Below, piece after piece: positions 13,479 to 25,206 of a DNA stretch of 64,000 bases. Position numbers and translations under genes: made by a program. Location: NCBI GenBank assembly GCA_038496445.1, contig JALMLS010000585.1, forward strand, positions 372,001 to 436,000, read 5' to 3'. How positions within the stretch are numbered: the stretch's first letter is position 1; each line of letters begins with the position of its first letter. This DNA comes from Trichosphaerium sp. ATCC 40318 (taxonomy: Eukaryota; Protista; Tubulinea). The notes beneath the pieces are model-generated. The model saw nothing but the letters and a program-made list of their open reading frames with translations. It did not search any database and was not told the DNA's origin.

Positions 13479-14266
13479 TTATTTATGTACTACATCAGGT
13501 CTACGCACTTCTTGAGTACGCTTGCGCACCTCTCTAGTAAGTTCTTCAAATATTTCTTCTATGTTGACACGTGTTTTTGCAGATGATTCTAAAAATACCA
13601 TCTCATATTCCTTTGCAAGTTGTTGTCCTTCTTCAGTGGTCACTTGTCTATCAGCTTCCAAATCAACCTTGTTACCTACAAGTATACAAGTAAAGGTATT
13701 GTCGTGTTGTTCCTTTGCCCTAACTTTTAGTTAAAAAACGGGTAGTATGTACTACATTCGGCTTCTTCACTACAGAACTTGAGACAGGTGGTTTGAACCA
13801 TGACTCGTGAGTGCTCAAAATGTCACGTGACTTTCTTCTTACCGCGCAATACTCCCAAGAATTGACGGTATTTCTTCAAAAGATTGTCTATCTGTGATAC
13901 TGTATAGCACTATAAAGCAGTCTCCATTGCGAATACGCTATTAATAAACTGTTAGAGATTGCTTATTTGATCGCTGTTACCATATCTCGGAGAGCTTTGA
14001 AGTCTTCTCCTCCAGCTGTATCGAAAATGTTGAGACGAACTGGTTTATCATCTACAATGAATGGCTTACGGTACCTTAGCGTATAGTAAGCGTATAGCCT
14101 GGTGAAAACTTTTTTTAACGTAATTGGCTAAATTAGTTTAAACGCACAGATCTTCTATTGTTGGATCGTAATCCTCAATAAAATTACCGACAGCAAATTG
14201 TATGGCTGTTGATGACTTTCCAACTCCTGTACCGCCTAATAGCGCTACTTCTATGTCGTCTGTCAT
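13479..14266 (-). CDS. Ras-family small GTPase (copy B), no CAAX box evident
   Basis: [28 protein letters not shown] and ESSAK motifs. The three introns fall at positions equivalent to those of copy A. Confidence 0.85.
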
Positions 14267-14556
14267 AGTGGGTGCTCAGGTAATGTATTTCAGTGCTACC
14301 AAGGCAAAAACTAAAATTGGTACTTTCAGAGAACCCTATTTAAGGAAACCACACACGTGAATTGCTTGAAGCTTATGTGGCAAGTTGCAGCAATACACTG
14401 CTCATCTATGTTTCAGCAACAATTTCATTTTGTTGGTAAGGACTCCATTTGTTGAATTCTTCAATCTTTTTGTTGTTTTCGTATTACGCACCAAAGTGGG
14501 TAGATTTATAGTAGCACACAAGCAACTTAAAACAGTGCAAGTTTTTGCAAAAGACC

Positions 14557-14640
14557 TGCTTGGAGTGGGGCTCGAACCCACGCGTTGAATTCAACAAATG
14601 ATCTTAAGTCACTCCCCTTAACCAACTCGGGCATCCAAGC
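14557..14640 (-). tRNA. tRNA-Leu (UAA)
   Basis: GCTTGGA...TCCAAGC-A acceptor stem, anticodon loop CT-TAA-GA, long variable arm, GGTTCGAGCCC T-arm and downstream TTTT. Confidence 0.95.
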
Positions 14641-14950
14641 ATTCGTTGAGTGAAAGACGTGTTGGCCTGGAAGCGGTCACAGCCAAAAATTTATTTTGAA
14701 AAAGACACTAGCCTTAAAAGTCACTTTACCTCCATCTCACACGCTATGTCATTCAAACACGAATAGTATTCTTCATGACACGGGCACGTGACCGCCAACA
14801 ATCAACAAAGTAGCAATGGCTTGAAGATACATGACAAAGAGCAATTGAAGTCAACCTCCATACGTCTAGTGGTAAAGTCTTGTTGAAATAGTGTGACAGT
14901 TTGGAGGGTTTTTTTTTCTGAAATTCTTGACGTACTAGAACTTCGAACCA

Positions 14951-15418
14951 ATGGCAGCAGTCCGTTTAGTATTTCTTTTTATCGCAATATTTGCTCTTGC
15001 AGCATGTATAGACGTAAGAACATTCGCTTCAATGACGACAAGACTTATAAGGAGCGGTAAATTCCTAAAAACAATAGATAGCGTTTACTGCCCAAGGTAC
15101 AGGCATAAAACAACAACAATAATGGAAATTTGCGATGCTGCAAGTAAAAGAGACAAAAAAGCGTTTATTAACGCAGCATACAAGCTACAAAGAGATATGC
15201 GAGGCTCTTTAATCGAAAACTTCTCAAAAAAGGTTGCACGGTACATACGTGCACACTCCAGAACAGCTAAGCGTTCTACTGATGATTTGGTTGATTCTCT
15301 GGCACTACAAACGATAGACACGCAAGTCAGCAAGCGCGGAATACCTCCGTTTTTACTGTTCTTCTTTGCATTCTGTATTCTCATTCCTTGGATTGACGAG
15401 ATGTTCTATAGCGACTGA
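14951..15418 (+). CDS. Intronless secreted/membrane protein of unknown function (155 aa)
   Basis: N-terminal signal peptide, KR dibasic sites, hydrophobic C-terminal segment and downstream AATAAA. Confidence 0.7.
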   Translation: MAAVRLVFLFIAIFALAACIDVRTFASMTTRLIRSGKFLKTIDSVYCPRYRHKTTTIMEICDAASKRDKKAFINAAYKLQRDMRGSLIENFSKKVARYIRAHSRTAKRSTDDLVDSLALQTIDTQVSKRGIPPFLLFFFAFCILIPWIDEMFYSD

Positions 15419-16004
15419 GACAATAACCTCGGAAGATACAATCGAAGAAAATCGATTTAAAACCATCTTTGTGTACTTATTTATGACCTCAATAAAATAA
15501 CGTTATACTATATTGTTCCTCAAGTGTACAGCTTTAATTGCATTGTATATAACAGCCGAGTAATACAAACTGTATACCGATATGTTTGTGGAATCACGTG
15601 GGAAAATGCCGTCTCCTTCCTACAACACAAGTTGCACAGCACCCTCCCAACTACAAGCACTACAATATGCTAAGTTACCATTGACCAAAATACTGTGCAG
15701 TTATGAACTGGAGACTACTACTGAGCGTTGCTAAATTGAAGAAGTTAGACTTTTATCTATTTCACTGCCAGTCAAAATATCAATGGGTTTACCAATATAG
15801 TGAAAGCCTATGACCAGCTTCGAAAGACACCTTATTTCAAAGGCTAACGTTCCACCTAACAGAGCTACATAGTTGTGATTGTATCACAATTACCTTATAT
15901 TGAAAAGTCACAAAAGAGCGTGGGCGTGAAGCAGAATTAGTTGAAAGTGGTTTATTACGGTTTACACTCTTGTGGCGTTGTAGAATAGCTTATTTTTGTG
16001 CAGA

Positions 16005-17243
16005 TTAGATGATGGGGCATATAGTTTCCATTAAAAAGATTGCCAGAAGTACATCATTGGACCATATTTTTGTAGCGGCGGTAGTTTCACATAAGCTTCG
16101 TGGTAGCTGTAGGATACTTGACTTTTCCTTGAGCTCATCTTCCCATCCGATTTTAAGCATTGGTGTATTATTGAGAGACTTTAAGTCGTCTGCTATTGAA
16201 ATGAGGTTACAAACCTCCAAGCAATTTGCTCCTTGGTTTTGCAGCGCTAAAGCAAAGGCATAGTCTTCTTTTGATAGGATGTAACGGCGATACAATTCCT
16301 CATTTATTACCTTGTCATGATATTTGTTGACATACTTTAACAGTCTTGGGGGACAGTATGCAAACTCTTTTGTTAGTGCTATCTATTGAACGGAATCAGA
16401 AACAAAAAAACAAGAAAAAAACAAGAAAAAAACAGGAGCAACGAGAAGACGTACATTGTGCATCACACAACTTTTCAGTTTATAACTGTGCTTAAGAAAG
16501 GTATCTCCATTCTTTTTTTCCCTTGATGGAGCAATGAGGGCTGCATCATGAAGATTTGCAAGGCCATGGAGACAAGAAATAGTAGCCATAAAATCAGCCA
16601 CAAAGCTACCTTCCTCACTTTTCATTTGTGTATGTACTTCTGTGGCTCCAATAACCTTATCATCAAGCATTATGTAATATTTACATCTTCCATATGTCAT
16701 GTGGCATATCATAGCATGTGCAGCTTGGCGAACAACAGCTCTCGGCAAAACTTTTGGACCATGAAGCTTAACATAGTAAACGTGTTTCCGGCCTTGTTGC
16801 CTGCTATAAAAATTGCTCTCCTCGTTTGGTGGTGCCACTATGAACACAGGCGATTGATAGAACGGTTTGAAACTTACCAGAAGAGGCAAGGTATCTTCAG
16901 TAAATCGATCACATTGTGTTGTACAAATAACAATAGGTATTGCTAGTGCTGTTATGCAAATTTGATTGAATTCTTTTGAATACTGAATTCTTCCTTCTTC
17001 ATTGATTGATATACTGAACGCATTTCTATCTTCTACTTCCTCCACAGACCATTCGCTCATTTTAAAACCATCATGGTAGCCTCCCACACAGCTATTATCT
17101 CGTATTTTATCACTGTTGTTCCAAAATACGTTTATGTTATCGTCACAGTTATGTAGCTTTATTTGTGTAACAGGGCTGGTTTCAGTTTCGCGTTCCAGGC
17201 CGTAATGACATCTTTTTATGTCGTTTAAGTAAAAAAACATCAT
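16005..17243 (-). CDS. GT-A fold glycosyltransferase, GREB1-C/TAGT (TET-associated glycosyltransferase)-like; start uncertain
   Basis: Ordered motifs PIVICTT, VFIVAPPNEESNFY, RAVVRQAA, YYIMLDDKV, SCVMHN and KEDYAFALALQNQG. One GT-AG intron (16383-16454) joins the two ORFs in frame. Confidence 0.6.
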
Positions 17244-17499
17244 TTTTGCTGTTGCTGAAGTGATTGTACGAAAATGTGGTTTTATTCCTTAAGCTATGTT
17301 TACTTAGTTACTCATTCTAAATCAATCAGTTGGGTTTTTTGGACGGGCTTATTCAACAATGACGGAACTATTTTCATTTCAGCATATTCTCCCATAATAT
17401 GTGGGTTGTGACTTCACTTTAGCTCACTAATAGGTATCTTGAAACGTACACCACATGGCAACAAAAAAGATAGACAAACTGTTGCTACAGCTTATTCAA

Positions 17500-17592
17500 C
17501 TAATACTCGCCTTAAGACTACACGATTTTGAAGTAGAACCTCTTGGTTTTACATGGATTAGTATGTCAACTAATAGCTAGTAAGCTGACAAG
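17500..17592 (-). pseudogene. Degenerate F-box relic
   Basis: Nucleotide similarity to the 5' end of the F-box gene at 59200 (cttgt.agctt...agctattagt.gacatact...aatcgtg). Confidence 0.5.
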
Positions 17593-17858
17593 TTATTTGA
17601 GTTTCTGGACTGTATTCCAGCCGCTCTCGGATATGTTATTCCCTCGCTATGAGCAATATTGCCATTTCTGTGTGAGACGGCAACGTGATTGGTTTTCTAT
17701 ACTTCCTCTTTTTCAGTAAACTCTTCGCATTTACTCAAACAAACGGTTAATGTCAAAGAGTAGTAATTGCATTTGTTGGCATGAAATCGGGACATAGGTA
17801 CAAGACAAGTAACGTTTTATTTACTGTTTACTATTTTTTTGGATAGCAGTTCAAAGCA

Positions 17859-20430
17859 TCACGTGTCATGATCATACTCACACTTTTCATATCCAGTTAA
17901 ATCCAAAGGATATCCATGACGCATATCAGCAGCTGTTTTAGTTGTAAGTAGTTCTTTAATAGCAATAGTTATCCTTGCAGCATTTGTTTGAGATAAATCG
18001 ACTTTAGCTTCAACTGATGAAGGTATTTGAAGTCCAAGATCAGTACATAGAATATAGAAATCATTAATAAGATCAAGGGACTCTGTAAAGTTATTTTTAT
18101 CCTTTTCAGTGGATGGCATATTGTTTATTAGGCTCCTTATTGTATCTGATATTGTACGGAATGCAAAAAGGGGGACCTATGAGGAAGCAAGTAAGTGATC
18201 AAAAGCGAAACTAATTAAGTAAAACAAATAAAATTAAACATGTTTCAGTAGCTCAAAGTGACTGGTACTACTTCTGTCACGTGTCTATATGAAACGCTCT
18301 AATAATATCATGGTAACTTGCCTTAGCTATTGTTTGCTCTCCATCCTGAGACTCAATCTTTTCCTCATTAATAGCATCATACCTTCCTGAAAGTACAGCG
18401 TTCATAACGTCTTTACGACAACTTAGTATACAGTGATCTTTTCCATCAACCTTGTGATAACCATAATATAAACGGAACTCTGGAGTTCGTATACAATCGA
18501 CGACACTACCTAATAACATCACTAAACAACGCACACTGAAAATGTATAAGAAATAAAACAACTGCGTACCGTTTTCTAACGTATCTTTCTCAAACGCCAT
18601 CTTATCATTTTTGCGATTGAACCATTTGGTGGCCCTTACTAGCAAGTCAAATGTCCAACGCCGTTTGATATCCATAGAAACAACAAAAGGCAATAATCTA
18701 GCAACTTGCCAGAATAAAACTGTGGAAGGTGGGACCTTTTCTGGAACTACTATTGGTCGCGGAGCCAATGAAACAGTAAGGCACTTGCCTACGCAGGTTA
18801 GATAAGCGATAGAATAGAAGAAAAAAAAGCAAAAGTTTAATTTGTCTTTCCCTGGAATCGAACCAGGATCTCCTCGGCCACAACGAGGTGTACTAGCCAG
18901 TATACTAGAAGGACATTTGTTGTGTCTGAAAATGGAAAAACAATGTACTGTTTGCTAATGCAAGGTAACAACACTGGTGAAACTCTTTTTTTGAATAAAA
19001 ATCAATGTCAGCGTACCAAAACCCAATACCCAACCAATAAAAGCTTGAAAAGTATTTCTATCGCCAATCACAGCAAAATATTCAAGTGGGAATGTAACAT
19101 GTGCATCCATATTTTGGTGCAGCTATCGCAGTCAGTAACAACCACAACGTGTTTCGTACCCAATCTGGCATTTCTGTTTTAATATTTAGTGTCCTATTTA
19201 CTCTTGTATCTGTCTCAAGCGCCACATTTACGCCATCTCGCACTCCCCACTGTGCCCAAGTTTCTTTAGCACCTTTTTTGATATAATGTAAGAATAGATG
19301 AAGTTCACTTCTATCAAAATCATTTAACCGAGCTTGAATGCTTTGTAACTTCTCAATAATTCCGTCATCTTCTTTTTTCTCATCACCTCTCAAAAAAAAC
19401 CTTTAAACAAAGAGCGTTAGCCACTATAAACACTTTATAAATGATATACAACCAAACAAGATTAATGACCTTACCATAATTGTTTATCAACATCTACACT
19501 ATTATTTGCCATTCTGTATCCAGACTTAGCATCGAGTTGCAATAAATCCAATATAATCTCTAACATTGCATGATAGCTTTGTAGAGTAGTTGAACGGTTT
19601 AATGGTGTACACCAAAATACGTCAAGAGGTACTTCAGTAGTAGCCGATTGAACGAAACCAAAATCTTTGGTTGTTGTGAGGTAGTCAACTAGCAAAAAGC
19701 TGTTAGTTAAATCGTTTCTGTACAAAAAAAAAAGTAACATCTTTTGGTGTCAAAAAAACAAACACGTGATCAACTCGATTCTTGTGCTTACTTATTTTAG
19801 GAAGTAGCTTTGCTAACTTAGTTGTTTTTTCTTTAAATTTCTCATCATCAGCTTTAATCTCAGCTGGTAGAAGTTCAAACTTTCCATGAAGCTTTGCTTG
19901 TTCTATTGCATGTTGACGTTTTGGGTTATTATCCTTTAGCTTCCTTGCACGTTCTGCCAAAGCACTGTAACGTGCGTACGCATCTTCTGCAAGTAGCTTG
20001 TTCTTGAAATACGTAACTAGCTTGCGAGAAGGGCCGGAGAAGGCGACATCCTGAACAAGTTTAGTAACGAAAATGAAGTAACAATTTAATAGCAATCAAC
20101 GACACTCAGATTGCTGTAAAACGTAAAAGGGCATAAGGCTTGTTATACACAGCGATTTAGTTGGTGTTAAGGATACGTACCACTTTTGCCCGCTTCCTAC
20201 GCCTACGCTTTCGCTTGTACTCTGAATAGCGCTGTTCAAACTCTTTTTGTTTTTCTTCCTTCTCTTTTTGTGCGTCTGATGCTTTATTGTCGTCCAGTAC
20301 ATATTTAGAGGTGGAGAATTGACAATGTGATAGTCTGTTCCGTTTTAGCGGCTAAAATGAGTTAATTACTCTAATTATTGCTGCGCGAGCGTACACGATA
20401 TGCTCTCAGTGTTGTCGCTCTAAGTAACAT
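17859..20430 (-). CDS. Multi-exon hypothetical protein with mitochondrial-presequence-like N-terminus
   Basis: Starts MLLRATTLRAYRPLKRNRLSHCQFSTSK. About 9 exons join in frame, including a 37-nt intron at 19123-19159 and a GC-AG intron at 18177-18321. TGA at 17859 is followed by AATAAA. Confidence 0.65.
18843..18914 (-). tRNA. tRNA-His (GUG), intronic
   Basis: GTCCTTC...GAAAGAC-A acceptor stem, anticodon arm CCTCG-TTGTGGC-CGAGG, GGTTCGATTCC T-arm and a downstream T-run terminator. Confidence 0.93.
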
Positions 20431-20691
20431 TATGCTACGCCTCCGTATGTATTAAACAATCAATAGCACTGTTAAACCTAACGGCAGGCTGGTGCGACCT
20501 TTCAATTCAATGCTAGTTAATGAAAATGAATTTGACAGTTAAAAACTGCTTCAATGTTGACAGCATGAACCTCAATTTATTTACATCTGACAGGCGCCAT
20601 TACACAATCTAATCAACGCTACAATAGCTTTGAAGTTGTTTATACCAAAAAGTTTACCAACGGAGATTTTACGATGCTCGTAAACTGTGTA

Positions 20692-21215
20692 CTATTGCGT
20701 AGGCACTCCAGTATTAACGTTTAGAGCATGAACTTCAGCGATTTCCTCCTTTAAAACTCTGTGTACCTATAAATGATTGTAAATATCACCACAATCGCGT
20801 GAACTACAATACCATGCGGTTTTGTTCCAACGTAGATTTGCCTTGAAACAAGCGAGACTCAACGCTTACAGTTAGCTTAGATTTGCTTCCTGCATGATGT
20901 TACGACGCGTCAAAGCTATTGAGCAGTAACTTTACCTTCAATATCAACGTATGTTGCCTCAAGTCCATCTTTTAGCTTTTTCTCAATATCTGCATACCAT
21001 GCCGCCACCTTTGGGTCATGAAACTCTACAAGTGGAATCTCCAAGCTCTTACTCTCTGAATACCACCTCACTTGCACTGGTAGGCGCTTTTGTACCGTAA
21101 CGCGCTGCGTCAATCTGATTTGCGATGTTTTAGTGCTCACTTGCGCTTTAACGGCGCAACCGCTATGTAATCGTGATCCTCCGCGCGCAACCATCATCTG
21201 CGCTCGTAGTAGCAT
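20692..21215 (-). CDS. Mitochondrial BolA-family protein
   Basis: Three exons. Presequence followed by IEKKLKDGLEAT...VESRLFQGKSTLEQNRMVHRVLKEEIAEVHALNVNT. Confidence 0.85.
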
Positions 21216-21455
21216 TGTTGTATGAGTTTTAGCTTATACAGTACACGTGTTTTGTTGATTGCCTTATTGCGCGCCCAGAAATTTGCGCTCATTTGGTATT
21301 CTTTGTTAGTACACAATTTGTACAATTAAAATCTAGAAAGTGCTCGCGTGGAGGATCTATAACTCTACGGTGCGCAATTGCCAAATTAGAGACAGTGTTG
21401 TAATTTACCGCAGTATTTCATTATTTAGTCCTCTCCTTCATCACAACGGGTCACA

Positions 21456-24400
21456 GTGGACAATATAGGCGGATTAGACGGCGGTGACGGCCTAACCGGT
21501 AGTTCTGACAAGAATGTTGGTCTGGCAACCGATTTTTTCCTCTTCTTAGCTTTTATACAACAAGTATTGCTCGTTTGGATCTTTTTTTGGGAGAAGCCAA
21601 CTGATTTGGCCAACCCACGCAGCTACCGCGTTTCGGGCATAGACACGCCACCACGACGAAGGAAAAGGTCTAGCAGCAATGATGACGCAATTAAAGCCAA
21701 AACAGAAGATCAAGAAAGCTTTGGGGTTGTAGAGACCTCAATCGCGGTTGTATCCGACAAGATTCAAGATATCGACAATAGGCTAAATGTTCTGCAAGGT
21801 GACTTCCCTACGGACACTTTGAAAGGAAGCCTTCGCCGTTGCGTATCTAAAATCACCGACATTTTGGCCAAACTAGACGATTGGGAATCAAACAAGCAAG
21901 AAGAAGAACCTCAAGTCAAGCGTTTATTCGAAAAACGCGAGGACTTACTTGTATGGCGTAAGAGCCTTGAAGAACGCCTATTTTCGAAACGTAGACCGGT
22001 CGCAGGTACTGCAATCGCATCCGGACCTCCGCAATATAGCAGACCTATCAACGAGGTACGTACAGTGCTTTACAGCAATACTAACGCGTAGTTTTTTTTC
22101 ACAATTATTGTTTTGACACTTACATGTTTTAGAAACAAGATGAACCATTATCAGGAAGTGTTGAGAACTTCAAAAAATCAATTGGCCGCAAGGTAAGCGT
22201 TTTAATAATTTTTCGTTAAAAATTGTTTTGCGAAACAATACTCACAAAAACACTAGCGTTCGTCATGGGAGATGCGTGGGAAGGATTCTGCTGAAAAACT
22301 AGATAAAGCAACGAAGCGAAGGTCTTTTAAAGATTCTTCGGCTATTTCTGACTTCTTTAATCCTCCGGAGGAAGTACAGGACCCAATCGACGATAGGTAA
22401 CGTTTTTTTTAGTCGTTTGTGTGATTGTGAACCAAAAAAATCTAAACGTGTTCATTTTGTTGTTTTTGTTCAAATGTCGCTGTGTGGCTTCCTTGCGGTG
22501 CTTGGTATTTTCTCAAGGACTACTAGGGAAACTAAAAAGCCACGGAACGAGCCTTACGATGAACCAGTCGGAAAGATTCAGCTCAAAAAGAAGGGTAGAG
22601 GCAATGTTATGTCTCTTTTCCAACCTGCAAAACCTGCTTCTCCTAAAACACGTGTACCAAGCTTTATGTCAATGTTTGACGCAAAGAAAGAACTTGCTGA
22701 ACTCGATGATGTTCAATTCGAAACTGATGATTCGTATACATCCTCACAACCACAATTATCTCAAGAGGAGATGGATAAAGCCATAGGCGCTCTAGCAAAT
22801 TTTGGTGCACCTCCTGAAGAAGAAGACGAGGAAGAAGCTTCTGATAGTTACGAAGATGAAGATGAAGATGAGGATGAAGATGAAGATGAAGATGATGATG
22901 CGAAGAAGAAGACGATGAAGAAGGCGATGAAGCCAGCAGTGAACAATTTGATGATTTGAGCTTACCTTCTCAAGATGACCTCGCTGCTCAAGTACGCCAA
23001 CGAAATCAATTTTTTTGGTTTTTTTTGAGGACACAGATACAATGGTTTTTGTCTATTTTCTTACTCGCTTTGTAGCTTGAAATGATGGACGCCCTAAAGG
23101 ATTTACAAACACGTGTTATAGAGGATACTGAAACTGTAGAATCTGAGGACTCTGAGGAGTATGAGTCAGGTGATGAAGACGAAGATGATTCTGAGGAAGA
23201 AGGAGAAGATAGTGAAGAAAACGATGATGAATCTGAATCACAAAATGATGACGACTTGTTACAAAATGATATGGACTCACAAGACTTATTCAAAGCGTTG
23301 AATAGATTTACACATGAAGAACCTCCTTCAACACCTGAAGAGATAAGGCCAAGGAAGAAAAGTAAATCTGATCTTGGGATTAAACCTGAATTATTTGACC
23401 CAAGCTTACTTGATAGTTTACCTGAACTTACTGAGGTATCACAAGAAAAAGAAGGGGTACGTTACACAATAATTTTTTGATCAAAATGTCATTCTAACAC
23501 TCTTAAATAGTCTCATAAGGAACTTATTAAAGAGGTGCGTGTATTAGAATTAAGAACAAGCAAGGACATGACCCAAAAAAACGCGTTTATTTTTGAAATG
23601 AAAATATTCTTTTGAAAATGCATTTTGCTAAAAAACGTTCTTAGATGGGCGGTTTTGGTAATATAAACAAAGCTGGTTTAAAACGCGGTAAGAAGTTTAT
23701 GCAAATGGAGGACGCTCATACACTTTGTTATCCATACTGTGGCGATAAGGTATTTTTTTTGACATCTATTTTTTTTTCTCTCTATACAAGAAGCTCATCA
23801 TGATTAGTGTCTTGTTGTTGTTCTTGATGGTCACGCAGGAAAAGCGTGTGCTGAAGAGGCTGCTGTAATTATTCCTCCAGCGCTTGAAAACATCCTATCT
23901 AATACGCCACCAAATACAACAGACTTGACAGAGGTTTGGCTACAGGTAATTAAAAAAAAAAAGCGAAACCTTACAAAAATTATTTATTTACTCTTTCTAG
24001 CTCTACAAAGAAGTCGATCAGAAACTCATATCACACACATACGAGGGTGCTACATGCACTACTGTATTAATATGGCGTGTTGGAAATGATAGATACCTAC
24101 AAGCAGCAAATGTCGGTGACTCAACTGCATATCTCATGTACGTTTCATAAATGAGTTTTTATTCGCACTTGAACTCACACGTTTATATTTAGTCGCAATG
24201 GTAAAGCTGTATGTTTAACAATTGATCATAATCCAACCAAAGACTATGAAAGAAAGCGTATCGCTGTTGAGGTAAGTTAAAAAAAAAAAAAAACTGCGTC
24301 TACGCAAATTACTCTAAATCTGACACGCTTTTAAGGGTGTTGAACTAAATCCAGGACAAACAAGGCTTAACGGTATTGCCGTTAGCAGAGCTCTTGGTGA

Positions 24401-24722
24401 TCATTTCCCAAAGGAACTCAATATTGGTCTTAGTGGAACACCTGACATTTCAGAAACTATCAAACTCGAACCTACTGATACTCATCTTATTGTTGCCAGT
24501 GACGGAGTACGTCATGATTGTTTTATACATTACATTTACCTACAACTTCTTCGTACTTACACGCAACTATAGCTATGGGACGTAATCAATTGTCAACGCG
24601 CATACGAAGTTATAAAGGAAATGGATGAATCAGCCGAAGAGCAAGCTACATACTTAGCTAAACAGGCTGCTAGATCTAGAAAATGCAATGACAACGTTAC
24701 AGTGACTGTCACGCTGTTATAA
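21456..24722 (+). CDS. Protein phosphatase 2C with long coiled-coil/acidic N-terminal extension (start uncertain)
   Basis: MEDAH, VLDGHAG, AANVGDS, LAVSRALGDH, LIVASDG(L)WDV and DNVTV motifs across many exons, plus Asp/Glu-rich tracts. Confidence 0.88.
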
Positions 24723-25206
24723 ACGCGAGGTTATTAGCAAAAACCACGAAATGTAAAAAGGATAAAGAGAAATGACGATAGTACAACAACACGCGAGTGG
24801 CTGTTCGCGTGTTAACCTATCACACAGTGTACAATAAAAAAAGTAAAACAGGGAATCCGTTATCGTTTCGTGCAAAAACGTCACAAAGAGCGTTATGCCA
24901 CTCACCTACGCCCAGGACTAACTCTACGCGTAGCACAGCAACTAAAGCTGCGTGACGAATTCTTGTTGCTCAACGTAGTCTACAATATACTACGGAGATA
25001 AAAGCGGTGTTATTAATTATACTCAGCATACCGACATTGAGTAAAGGGACTGAGGAAAGCTCTAACGAACAGCTACGAAAATGTAGCGAATTTTCATAAA
25101 TAGAGTACTAAATTTTTGCACCAATAACATTCGAGCATTTTGAAAAAAATGAAATTTCTGTAATTGTATCCTAGCAAAAGTTAACATAAAGTAAACAACA
25201 ACCATC

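Noticed and set aside
19082-19160. Apparent stop or frameshift in the 17859-20430 gene
   Set aside because: Resolved by a 37-nt GT-AG intron (19123-19159), so the frame is intact.
16005-20430. One giant gene joining the mitochondrial-type protein to the glycosyltransferase
   Set aside because: The upstream gene has its own stop and AATAAA at about 17859-17817, an F-box relic intervenes, and no in-frame splice was found.
22815-23260. (GAAGAT)n-like tandem repeats
   Set aside because: They are coding low-complexity Asp/Glu tracts of the PP2C N-terminus.
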